From positions 62,001-126,000 of the forward strand of contig JYFJ02000469.1 in the NCBI GenBank assembly GCA_000934665.2: a stretch of DNA of 64,000 nucleotides, read 5' to 3'. The DNA comes from Catajapyx aquilonaris. Taxonomy: Eukaryota. Numbering within the stretch: the stretch's first letter is position 1; each line of letters begins with the position of its first letter. The notes beneath the pieces were generated by a model that made no database searches, was not told the DNA's origin, and worked only from the letters and a program-made list of their open reading frames with translations. Shown here piece by piece: positions 15,601-28,440 of this stretch. Position numbers and translations under genes: made by a program.

Positions 15601-18600
15601 GACGTCCATCACACTGATGCAGGCATGAATAGCGCGACCAGACATTTTTATCGGGTAAATGGCAAAAAGTTGTCTCCTTCGGGCTTTCGGAAAAAAATCA
15701 CGAACTATGAATTATGAAACACCTGCATGATTTCCATAGGTGTCTGTTGGTATGCATCAGTAAGCACATCAAAAATTGATGAGGGCAGGTATTGAGATGC
15801 TCAACAATTGCAGTAGCAATTAAGCTGATTACCTACATCGGTAACGCTCTCCAGAATTTTCATTGGCGGTAGTATTGAAGGATGCAAACAGAACATAGAC
15901 TACCATTTAAAAAAAAATTAAATACAAAAAAATTATAAAATTCGTAGAGCACGCATCAGGGAGAAATTGAAAATATCATCATCATCAAACAGAACGAGCA
16001 GTATTTCCCCTCCGATGCACCTTAACATCAAGATGCGGCAGCTTCCACCACATGTCCAATATCGTATGCAAAGAGCTCAGAAGTACTAGAACGCTCAGGT
16101 ATCGATCTATCATTTTTTTTATTTTTTTTCACAAGCGCCTCTCATAAAATGCAAGACTTCCGATTAAGCGATTGCAGTGAAGCCACCTTGCCAAAAGTCC
16201 ATTCTTGAACGGTTATTTTCATACATCAAGCCACATTCACTTGGCCATTTTATCAAAAATGTACGACCTCGTTCCAACCCGATACTCTTAACTACCATCC
16301 GCAAATTGCACCGCGGTTAAAAATCCGGAACAGAACCCGTATATTTATATAGGAAAAACTCCACACACGGTCATCGCCATAGACGCAGCCTTAAACTCTG
16401 ACCGGATATACGAGTCTTCCGGCTCTTCTGTGGGTTTATGAGCTCGTTGCCCATTACTGGGAGATATATTGGATGAGGCTTATAGGTCGAGGTCGGCAAG
16501 ACCCCCTCGAAGCTATATACCATGGCTATATCACATGGGTCCAGATCCAAAGGAAAATGGGGAGGCGTCGGGCGGAGGTCACAAAAGGAAAACCTGAAGA
16601 GGGAATTACCTGTCACCTCGAGCTATACTTTGGCTGGCTCCGACTTTATAAATCCATGCCCCTACAGTGCTATGGTAATTTCATTTTCTTGCTGCGGATA
16701 TATCTGTGGCTCTGGTCCATCTCTTTGCATGCCATAAAGTGCTATTTTTTTTGGTGGGAGGGAACAAAATCGTATCCGCACATCTGTGGAGTTGAACTAC
16801 AACGACCCCTCTTTTTTGTCCCTTCAAGCAAATGTCGTGTCAAATGTCTAGTACGCCTCATAAAAATTCGTGTCGTAATGTTAGTCGCGATAATACCAGC
16901 TTGTCTGGGAACAGCGGAATGGGACGAGAGGTTTTCCAATAGTTTCTTTATAATTCTATTTTCGACGCCCTCTGCAACTTTGGAGTCGTTACGTCATCAA
17001 TCCATATTGCATAGTTCTGGTCCGGTGCCCAAGGCATTTCATCGGCATGAAACGATGGTGCCGTGATAAAGAAAGGGCTAAAAACTGCTCCTTCGGTAGT
17101 CGCATGCGAAGGCTTTAGAAGCAGCACGCGTTCTGTAACCTACAATAACACACAGTCCCGTGCACGTTCGCAGAAAAAGAACGCGCGTAACTTTGTCCAA
17201 ATATTAGCTCACTCAGCTGCCCCCCACGGAAGTAGTGTAAACGGTGCTCCAGATCTGGCTCATTACGATGATACCCCGCTATGCGTTTGCATAACCAGGG
17301 CACTCGGCTTGCGAAACTCCGAAATATCGTGGAACCAACTAACATTTTGATTCGGAGCCGTTTTGTGAGTTAAATCCGATCTGGCCAGCATGACGTCACG
17401 TTCAATGTAAACAAGGCTTGTATGCAGTTCTATGTACACATCGCTGACCTTTTAATCATAATTCCGTGCAAAATTATTTTAAATAGTTTTTCACTATTTT
17501 GGTCAGGATTGCAAGTGGCTTACTTTTTCCGTACAGTAAATATTGACTCAAATTATTTTGATCAACTAAGGAGCTAAAAAAAATGTCACTGAAAGTTGAT
17601 ATTTCAAGCTTATAAACAAGCCATTCCAAAACAGCCCAAATTAATTCAGAGTGAGGGTAATAAACTCCCCAACATTTTTCATCCCATTCTATGCTTCACA
17701 TGATGCGAACGGATTTCCTTGACCACTATGATGCCCACACCAATTTGCGTACATGATACAACTTTCAGAGTGAGCAAGCACCGGTTATTATCGGGATGAT
17801 GTTCAAAGAGCATCATTAAGGCCCATGATTGGATGCGAACCACTGACCAAAAAACTTTTTTTTTTGTGATCGGATGCAGGATTACCCTTGATTTTTTGAT
17901 ATCGCTGATATGCCCACTCTCATAACACCCTCTCTCAAATTAGCTTACAATTGATTGGGATCGATTTTTCAAAATCCTGTCTGCGGTTAGCCTCTCGCGC
18001 AGATGTCCGCACTGTTCCGGACATGACTGTTACCTCGCGACATGGCCATTACACAAAGCTCTTGGGCGACGGACAAGAAGCAAATGAAACACGCCCGAGT
18101 TACCCAGACGTCCCTGTAAAAGTAAGTGCAAGAGTGACATTAGAGTCCAGCATGTGACAGCCTCCGGATGAGCAAAAAGTCCACCTCCCCCAGCAGCCAA
18201 AAGCGGCCACAAACATGGTTGCAAACAAGCCTTAAAGCGTCACCCTCCCCATTTATCCCCTTCTGTTTCGATCCGGGCCCCGTATCCATTCTCCACACCC
18301 GGATTCCAGCCCATCGGCGCGTAGAACATAATCCGCCCGACTTATGGTCCGACATGTCCATTACTTCCCCCGTCTTAATAGCCAGTTACATGCTCCATAC
18401 ATCTTCGTGCGCGACAAAGGGAAAAGCAGGAGGAAACTCTTCTGAAGGTTGTTATAACAAAAGAGGCCTTTATGACTGCGTCTATGTTCGTTCTGCGGTA
18501 CAGCGGTCGGGCGCTTCCAGGGAGACTGAAAGGAGCGACTTCATCACGGGAGTTAATTCCTGAATGCGAACTGGTGTGCTTGCAAAAGGGGAGGCCATTA

Positions 18601-19492
18601 GGACACCATAGTCAGGAGTAGACATTAGCAACTTCGAAGCGACACAAAAGTCGATATCTAGGGTCAGCACAGGCCTATATAACCAGTGGACGTCCATTGG
18701 GGGGAGATGATTAAAAAACATCGCGATGTAATTGATACAAATTGCTGTAGCTCCATGCATTGTAATAATACGGTTTCCATTGATTAATGGTACGGCCGGA
18801 TATCAAATTATGGTTTCCGCAGGCAAACGGTAGAGAAATTGTAATTTTATCAGGGCCATTCCTGCCAGTGAGAGATTACAACGTTAGAACCACCTCTTAT
18901 TGTGCCATAAAACAACCCAAGTGCAGTTTTTCCCCAGACTACTCCCAGCAATTTTGTCGCTTCTAAGCTATAGCCTACCATTCAACATGACAAACTGTCG
19001 AGTGCCAAAAACAAGCGACAGTTCTTTCACCTTTCCTGCCCTCCTTCCTTTTTTTTGTGTGTCCTTTGCAACTGAGCAAAAGGAAGCCAATTCCAATCGC
19101 ATATTTCCACCCGCAATAGTTTCCAATTCCAAGTGAAGAGCAGCAATCAAACGCATTATTAAATTACTACCGGGTCCGTATTGAGTGCTCCTAATTCTAT
19201 AGGTTCACGGGCTCTGACGCCCGGACATGTACATGTCACGTTAATAGAAGCGACAGGATTTTCTCATTATGACATAACGTTCAGTTACGTCCTCCCGGTT
19301 CCTACTCCGCAGAATCCTCGACGACAAGTGACAGCCGCCTTACTTACCCTTGGGTAATCCCAAAGTTATAATCCGGGAAAAGCCAGGAGGTTCTATCCTC
19401 CAAGCCCTAAATGTCACTGCTGGCAAGGAAATTTTAATTTTAATTTTGTCATCAACTACGCAGCAATGATAAGTGATGTCGGAACCTGTAAA

Positions 19493-19558
19493 GGCCCCGT
19501 TTACACAAGGCCGCTGCTAGAAAAACGCAAGCAAGGCCAATCAGCATGTAAACGGGCC
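19493..19558. mobile_element. Tiny MITE-like element with GGCCCCGTTTACA-type inverted termini
   Basis: ggccccgtttaca...tgtaaacgggcc inverted ends in AT-rich flanks; terminus style resembles the element at 61472-61634. Confidence 0.45.
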
Positions 19559-21142
19559 TTAATCCGATGGTCTCACCACCACTGTACCCACCGACTGCAT
19601 GGTCTATAAAGTTGACACTTGTCCATGCAGTAAATTACATTCATTAATTCCAATTCATGCTACTGAATCTCCCTTAATAAGTACATAAAATGTTGGCTAT
19701 ATACTGCATATAGACGTAGTGCCCAAAATAGACACCTTGCGACACCAAAATATAACGACTTTCCCAATGCCGCTGTGCAATAATAACTCTAAATTCAGAT
19801 AGTTTTCAGGCGCAAAACAAACGGCCATTACTCTTTTCAAACCATGCGGCTGTAATTGAGACAGATACTGAAGTCATCCGATTTTATCTCAAGGGACATA
19901 GGCGAGGTCAAGTTGGACCCAATTGAGCCAGACCAATCTTCTCTTCTGTCCTTCCCATTCTGCTTCCCTCAATGTCCCGGTCCATATTTTACGGTTAGCC
20001 GTATATATCAGGATCTATCGACGAAGCCAAGCCAACCAGCGGGAAGTCGTGCCTATTTTCCGGATGGATACAACTGGAAGGGACATCGGAATCGGAAAAA
20101 GCGGGGGAGGGGGAAAAAAAAAGAATATAGAGAAAACCCACGGTTTTGCTATAGATTCACCAGGAAATGGCTGCGGTATATCTTCTTTCTCTCTAGGTAT
20201 CTGGCAGAGTGCCCCCTAGGACATTCTTAATTGGGAGGTAATAAAGGGACGCGATCTATTAAGGAGGGCTACCAACCCCCTTTGTGTGGGTGAGATTGCG
20301 TGATTCCAGCAAACATATGGGCCCCTTTACCAATGGGCGGTGCACATTTTTTGGAGGGGGTCGGTCCATGTTCAAAGCGATATACCAACAAATGCACTTT
20401 ACCCTTCACCTACATCAGAATTCCATAAATCAAATTCCACGCGTTTTCCATGAGTCTGAATATTAGTAGTGACAGGGGTTGTCTAGCTGCTTTACGTTCC
20501 ACCAGTGCTGAAGCGTTGGGAGTTTTGCAGCACATTCCGGTCGACATTTATAACATGCCTCCGCTTTTTTTTTGTCGCAGTTTGAAATAAACTGGCACGC
20601 CCAATATTTCAGCCTTTCAAAACTTTCCACACCACGGTTCCCAATTAGTATCCTGGTGGCGTATCCGTTTCATGTTTGTGAACTACAGGGGCCGGTGACA
20701 AACACCTGCCGGCAATATCACATATAACTAACTTGCAGGTTCATAATCAAACTCAAAAGGGGCCTTCTTGCTGCCATTTCAGAAGCAACGAAATTAGTGC
20801 TGATGCCCGCACCACAGTGGACGCAACCCGCAGCGCAATTGGCTGCGTCAAAGGCCGTGAAACGTCAGGCTCGTGTGACCTGATTTACGTGCTTCCGGCG
20901 CCAGTGTAAGAGGTGGAATGAAAACCTGCTCCAAAATAAATTCCCGGCCGGATCCACCGGTGACTTACTCCTAATGGAAGTCGCAGGATTGGCTCCATTG
21001 CTCCGCCGACGAGAGTTGGCGACGTTTGCATTGAAAGGCGCAAGATGAAAGCGGTACCCTCGGAAAAGAGATTACGCTGACTGCTCATTTCCATAAGAGC
21101 TTCCGGGCCGTGCTCAAGAAACCTTTTAGCGTTGGTGGCGAC

Positions 21143-22419
21143 ATGATGATGATGGAGGATGACGTGGCCTTCAACCCCACCGACGACCAGAAGCTGTTCG
21201 TGGTGCTGGCCGTGGCCACCGCCACCATCTGCTTCCTGACCAACAGCATCCTGGGACTCATCTTCATCTGCTACCACCTTCTGGGCAGCTTCAAGAACCT
21301 ACTCTTCCTCAACCAGGCCATCACTGGACTCTTCACCACCTTCACCATCATCTATCCGATCAAGCTCATCTCCATCAAGATTCTGGACGACAAGGAGTCC
21401 ACGGCCGTCCTTCCGCCTTCCGACCTCGAGTTCTTCGCCAACTACTCTTCCTGCTACCTCCTCAGCTCCGGACTTCTGATTCTCTGCATGTTTGCCACTC
21501 TGGTCAACAATGCCCTTCTCGCCCTGGACCACTACATTCTCATCGTCCAGCCTTCCAAGTATCTCACCTGGAGGTAAGCACTATTTAGTCCTAGAAATAA
21601 ATTCCATAAAAAGGTGCATCTGCATTTCAAGTTAACCCATATAAATAATATAAAATAAAAGTCCTGTGCACTCTAGGACTTGTTAGTAGTTGTCAAACTT
21701 ATTATACTGTAATGGTTTGCAGGAGTCACTCTTGGCTGTGGGGAGGCTTGGTCACTTTCGTGTGGGTTGAGAGCGTCTTGCTCGGATTTCTTCCCTGGAT
21801 GGGTTGGAATGACTGGCAGAATTTCTGCTACATCCCCGGCATTTGGACCACCCCGTACTGCGGCGTGGTAGGCTTCCTGTTCTTCGCCCACCTCATCGTC
21901 TTCATCTACATGTTCGTCGGCATCTTCGTCCGGTCGCGAGTAGGTGTCGAGCCCATGACCGAGATCGAAGAGATGCCCATTTGCGACAACCCCATCCATC
22001 CTGGGACCAGCAATGGCAATGGCATGACCCACTCCAGAGCCTACGAGCCATCAGGAGGTCAAGGCGGAAGCTCCTACGAGCCCAACAACTTCCGGATGGC
22101 CGTCAACGAGGCCAAAGCCCGGTTCGGCAACTTTCTGGTCATCGTCCTGTGCTACATGCCCATCATGCTGCATCTCTTGGTCACCACTGGCAAGCCCGTC
22201 AGCGGAGGCAGCCACGATTTGGCCGTACTGGGCGAAAAAGACCTGGTTCTTCCATGGGCTGCCCTTCTGGTGGTGTTGTGCGGAGTGCTCAGCCCCATCA
22301 TATACATCTTCACTGACGACGACCTGTCCAACGCTACAATCATGTGCCTCAAGGCCTTCTGTTGTTGCCAGTGCCGGCCCCGGAGCAATGTGGTCACGCC
22401 CACGGTCGACAACGAGTGA
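21143..22419 (+). CDS. Atypical rhodopsin-family (class A) GPCR, 2 exons, ~375 aa; join(21143..21573,21723..22419)
   Basis: Two GC3-rich ORFs join in frame across a GTAAGC...TTTGCAG intron (21574-21722; AG+G = Arg). There are seven hydrophobic segments. Class A landmarks: TM1 Asn (LTNS), Cys at the start of TM3, LALDHY (DRY position), TM4 Trp then LPWMGWN, ECL2 Cys, CYMP (CWxP position), SPIIY (NPxxY position), C-terminal Cys cluster. Confidence 0.85.
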
Positions 22420-23743
22420 CGCTGTGTGCAGTGTCGGGATGGCCCTCCATACACCACGCTATGAGATTATTTAACCCCTGCCAAAAAAACATCCTGTTTC
22501 ACCCACGTCGCGTAATTAGCCGACTGGAAAATCCAGGCACTCTAACCGCACACAAAATAGGATATGTCCTACAAAAAAATTGTTGCCAGGATCTCTGGCT
22601 GCGTGCCTCATCATTTCCAGTCGACATATTACAAGTTGACGATGGCGTCCGTCCCGCTCGCTGCCAACATTCCCCTCCTCTTTTCATCTACCCCTCTCCA
22701 AAAACCACCAGCGTACCTAAAAACCTCAGCCAAACGTGTCGCAAAGTCCCCAAAGGCGCCAATATTCCACACGCAGTGTAACACTCGTCAATGGGGGGTT
22801 GTCGCCTAGCCAAAAAAATAAAAAAAGACTCGCAAATTTGTACAAATGGGACCTCGTAATGTGAAAGGCGTGTGTGGTTGTCCCCGGGGTGATTTATGGT
22901 CCATGCATGAACGTGTATGTGTGGCTCGGGTAGCAATGCACTCACTCAAAAACCAGTGGCTGCAAAAAAGTCGAACTCGTGCGAGGATTTCTGACCGATG
23001 TGGAATAGCATTAACGATTTTATTTTTTTTCCCTTCAGTTTTCAACCTTGTTCCCATAATTCCCAGTGTCCTGTTTTTTCCTCCGTATTCTATAGTGCTG
23101 ATTAATGTTTCCAAGTTATGTGACAACGTGTATGACGTTACCACCGACAGTAAAAAAAAAAGTATCCCAACTGTGTTTTCTTCTTTGCTCCACCAGCATG
23201 CATGGTCTAACTAACGGCATACTGTACAGGGGGGGATACATTCATTCAATGCACACTGGGAACTGGAATTGTGCGCCCCAGATGCTTTCGTGATGTGAAC
23301 TGCGTTGTCAGTCCGGAATAAAAATGAGAGCAGGCCCCTTCCACGCTTGGGAATACCAAAGCTCTCTGGATACTGCGTCATGGGGTTTCTTTTCGTTTGA
23401 TGTGCAAAGTAGGGTTAGCTCCTAGTTTACATTTTAAATGATTGTGTCACGGGGCTAAGAAGAGTTGGTGATTTATCCTGGTCGTGGAGGAGTTTTTTTT
23501 TAGGGGGGTAAGTTAGTATATTCCCACAATAATTGAAAACGTTCTGTTGGAAACTTTTTCACACTTCTTGAAAGCAAGCTTCTGCAGTGCACACTGTAAG
23601 GATTCTACTGTAGGTGAAGGCTACAATTGAGAAGGAGTTACTTATGGGCTGCACAAAAAGAGCCTGACAGCAATCCCTAAATCGTATGTAAACAAGTTTC
23701 TAAAGGTAGGCTAGTTCCTACAAACATGCTGGGCTACACTTCT

Positions 23744-23774
23744 CAACAACAACAACAACAACAACAACAACAAC
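23744..23774. repeat. (CAA)n microsatellite
   Basis: About 10 perfect CAA units visible. Confidence 0.95.
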
Positions 23775-26700
23775 CAGTGAAATTCTGTATTAAATCAGAG
23801 CTCAATGATGGTAGATATTGAGCTGCTGTGGGCTTCAAAAGGATTTTGGAAATTTGAAAGAGGCAGAACCCGCTGGAAACCTCGCCCGGACCGGAGAAAA
23901 CACATCAAAATTCATTCTACACGAGAAGAAAATTCTTGTGGAATTGCTGTGGGCTAAACCACTTCGCTGATGAAGTAGTTCTACAGCAAATTAAACAATC
24001 ACACTCTACAATCGAAGGACTCATGGACCGCACGGAGTAATTATTTGCTCATTTCCTAAAAAGGTACTTTTTATACTTCCAAATTAAAAGTTGGTTCGTT
24101 GCGCCTGCTGGTATGAATGAAACACATCAAAACGTACGGCAGCAAAGGGCCCTCATCTAAGCCCGTATTCACACGCTACTCGTTGCATTCCGTCAAAACT
24201 TACTCCGTACGGGCTACCCCAACTCAAAAGCTACCGCCCTGAACTTCCTATATATCCCAGTACCCGCTTCATTTCCAACAGCTCAATCTGGGTTTTCGCT
24301 TCTGTCCTAAACTTTGCCAATTAGCAATCAACTCATAACGACAAACCAACTCCAGACTTGTCGACCTGCTACAAAAAAAAACTCAGGGATTAAAACCCCC
24401 TAGAGCAAATAGGCCTAATTGCACCCCCTTTACAAAACGACGACCCCTTACTCCTTATCAAAGCATAACGCTCACCCAGGGAGGCACCACGGCGCGCAAA
24501 TTGTGATTGCCAAGTGGAAAGCCATTTGAAACACCCCCCCAAGTTCTCTTCCATCTGTGAAGTCGTGTTGGTGTAAGGAGTAAGGAAGGAGAGAGCCTGG
24601 AAGCTCATTACCCAGGCGGTCATCTTGCCCAGAAATATGGAGAGCCAGGGGAAAACGCCATGGGGGCAATTCAATTTCCCAAAGAACTCCACGTGACAGC
24701 GGTTAATTTTATGTGTATGAGCTGATAAAAAGAAGAGCACCACGGGAGGAAAAATAAGGTAGGTTTTATTTTTAAAGGAGAGGAGACTATACAGCCAGCC
24801 TTGAACTCCGGGAGAGAGCCTGTGTTGCATGAAAAATTTAACGCGGCCGAGGCGCGCTTTTGCTGCAGTTAAAATTAGCACTGCAGCGTAGGGTTCATTA
24901 AATGGTGTGTTCCAGATTTTTTTTTTCGGAGCCTCATTACAGATGCTGCTTTTTTTTATATACCGGACGGCTATCAAAAAAGTGGTGGAAAAGCAAGTTC
25001 AATAATTGAACTATTATGCTGACCAATATGTTGACTCTTCAGGAAGCCATCGATATTTTCTGACGCAAAAATAATTATCTAATCATACAGCGAAGAGCTG
25101 TGCATACTATGACGTGTATTCCTTCAATAAACGTACATTTGCATACCTGTCTCTATATATAGAAGCGTACTGCAGAATTTAGGGTTGTAAACAACTGAAA
25201 GAGGACCACGTGCTACCAAGTATTAAGCTGGGCATAAGCTTCCTTTTTATGAAATGGACCGGTCCCCCCGTTGGAACCATCTCTGAGGGATTAGGGCTAC
25301 GGTCCTCTCCCTCCCTCTCTCTCTCTTTTCCCAATAATGGTACAGAAGGCTCAGTTAGTAGCTAAGCCGAGCTAAGTCGAACCATCTTGGAGTGGACACC
25401 CGGCACAAAATGCGAGCTGAATTTTAGACGCCGGAGTAAAACTAGCTGGGCTGGAATATATCCAGACCCATTTTGCACACTTCGTACTGCAGTAAATCGA
25501 ACTCGAATAATATTTTATACGTTCAACTTCCCAGTTATCAAGATTTGCCCTGTGCGCCATTAAGACGAAATGGCACCGAAGATATGCCTCCACTATGTCG
25601 TTAAAACGGAAAAGGCCCTAAAGATTTGCATATCGGTATCTAAAAGGGAACGTCCCATTATCCCATTTCGTGTTAGTGCGTTCACTATACTTTTATTCCT
25701 TCAGGGCTTACTAGAAGACGCCATATTTCAGCCTGAGGTAATTGGGACCAAAATTGCAATTCTTTGCTTATTCGGCGTTACCTTTCCACTAACCCTACAC
25801 CTAAATTTTCTCTCGAATCGGTCCAGACTTCTATTAACGAATAGCATCCCTGGACCGTAGATTGGCTCCCATCACATCAAAGACTTACAGTCGCCTCTGA
25901 CATCCCAGAAATACCAGTAAGAAACTACATCTCGGAAACTCTTCGCTATTATTAGTTTTCCAGAAGAAAAAAAAGCCGCTGTTTATTACTTCTTCCCGAC
26001 AAAAGTGGCTATGGTGCTTACTTTTATGTATTTTTCTACTTCGCAAGACACGTCTTACTTGAGCATGGCAGGTTGACTGGCACTGATGATCTGTTGTTGC
26101 CCACCTAAATAACCAATTCTCTACAGACTCCGGATTTATTCCTCAGATATTCTGACCGCCGGATAAACCCACGGCCATTAGTAATACCCCTCCGCAACAG
26201 TGTACCCACTTTGTCTAACGCTTGAAAATCACTGCCAGCACGTGATTGGCAACTCATTTCCTGATGCAAGCAAGGCACCTGCCAACGGGGACCCGGATTC
26301 AGCACACGTCCTTTCCGCGCCTGAGAAGCGCGGCGTGTCGCGTGATAATCCAGAACAGACCCCCCTTCTCCATTTACAATTCTATCCTCGTACAACACGT
26401 GTGCGCGATGCAGATGAACAAGTGAGGGGTACATGAAATGTCTCTCAGGTGGGAGGCAAAGCCACCGATTACGTCACGCTTTTCCTCTACCCCGCGAAAA
26501 ACCATTTACACCCAGAGCTTCGAATCCCAAGAGGCACTGAAGCTGAAATCAATACACCGATACTCTATGTGCTGGTAAAATGAGAGTGGTTAAATGCTGG
26601 ATACTGCAAAAAAAATATATATATATATATAGATTGACTGCATGATGAGCACTCTTTTTAAAAAATTATACTGTCCATAAAATTGTCGATATTTCAGATT

Positions 26701-27770
26701 GTTTGTGAGCTGATGCTACTTGGAGGATCTCTTCATAACTCTTCATTACAAGCGTGTCCTATGTGGGACCCAGCATCAGCATTTTCGTCACACGAACTCC
26801 CTGGCGCTGTTTGGCGATGTAAGAGGGTTAATGTTGAAATAAAGCTTTCCCCCAACCCGTGCCATCCCCTACCCATCAATTGCGGTGACGTTTCCAGTGT
26901 AATCCTATTGCCATCATCCGGGTGGCAAGCCCTTCTCGCCTGTTGACACAACTAGACGCTCCATCTCCCCCTCCCCCGCCATTTCCCAAGCTAGCACCCT
27001 AGCAAACCCCCACTGATTTCCCCGAATTATTCTACATCTTCCTGCTCGCATCCGGGCTGTCAACAAATCAGCACGCCTTGTCCTATATGTGTTATCCAGG
27101 GTATGCAGCCCGTAGTGACATATCTCACACTGTAGAGCCCTCCCACGCGTGTGTCTATAACGAGTCGCCATTTACAGAAAGAGAGGGCCACCCACACATG
27201 CTCTGTATAAAACCCCGAGACGCAATAACACAATAAAAGCAGGTGATGAATATGCATGCATGATGCAGCCATTCAAAGGCTATGAATTTCCCTCATGCAA
27301 TAGTAATGCACCTTAACATAATGTGTGCATTACCCGGCAGCAATAATAAAGTAATGTGCATGTATGCAAATTGAAGTAATGTGCGCGTGGGCTCTATTGC
27401 TGTAACCTTGGACGGCTCATGTTTTGTGTGTGTGTGTTACCAGGGGCCATTCGAAGTATGACGCAGAAACGGAAATATAAGTTGGAAAATTTAGGATATA
27501 AACTACGTAGTATCAGCCACAAGCATAACAAATGTGTATCATACACTGTACATTGTACAGTACCACAGATCATAGACAAACCATACAGTGCAGCAAAAAA
27601 AACCTATACATGCCATATGCCACAAAATAAACATCACACCATAACGCCATGAATGACTGCATAGAGGGAGCAGCAGCTGAGGCCAGAGTGTGACTCGTGT
27701 TATGGGAATAATTACAAAACACATTCGTCGAAGTCATGTGGCCTTAGAATACTAAGGTCTGGTCACTCCC

Positions 27771-28440
27771 TCTTATCGCCTGACGGGGCGTTTTGCGGGA
27801 GGTGCTCACTTGAGAGCGCTTGTCTCTGATGTAAACACATGTGGCGACCCTAGCAGACCGCGCTGGACTTAGGTATAAGAGAAGTGTCGGTCAAAATCAT
27901 GGTCATAGAAAGTAAGGTCTGGACACTCCCACCTACCCCCTGCCGGGGCGTTTTGCAGAAGGTGCTCACTTGAGAGCGCCATGAGACATTTCACTCTCCG
28001 GATAAGTGGCGACCCTACCGGACTAGGCTGAACTTTATAGGTACAAAAGGGAAGCGCTACATGCGGGCCCAAAATGGCCGCCGGTCCCCATGTTGGGTCC
28101 CCCAATGTAGCGATTCCCTTTTGTACCTATAAAGTTCAGCCTAGTCCGATAGGGTCGCCACTTATCCGGAGAGTGAAATGTCTCATGGCGCTCTCAAGTG
28201 AGCACCTTCTGCAAAACAAAACTGCAGGTGATATCATCAGAAGGTAGTATAAGTGTCCGGGGGCTGGTCAAAATTAAAAACCTCATACGAGTATTACGAG
28301 TATGAGATACTTAATTTTGACCGACTCTTCCCTTCTTCCTAAGTTCAGCGCGGTCCGGTAGAGTCGCCGTATGTGTTTACATCAGACAGAGGCGCTCTCA
28401 AGTGAGCACCTCCCGCAAAACGCCCCGTCAGGCGATAAGA
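27771..28440. mobile_element. Nested long inverted repeat / foldback-like non-autonomous element
   Basis: Inner arms 27950-28062 and 28105-28217 are 113 bp with 2 mismatches by eye and a 42 bp spacer. Outer arms are 27771-27897 and 28314-28440. Outer and inner arms share the core GTTTTGC.G.AGGTGCTCACTTGAGAGCGC. Confidence 0.8.

Noticed and set aside
1..21000. Many short six-frame ORFs (60-200 aa), e.g. 5915-6433, 11137-11559, 16473-17066
   Set aside because: No recognisable domains, codon bias or consistent splice structure; consistent with chance ORFs in intergenic DNA.
20885..22781. Alternative-frame and antisense ORFs overlapping the GPCR
   Set aside because: Shadow ORFs produced by high GC3 codon usage in the real CDS.
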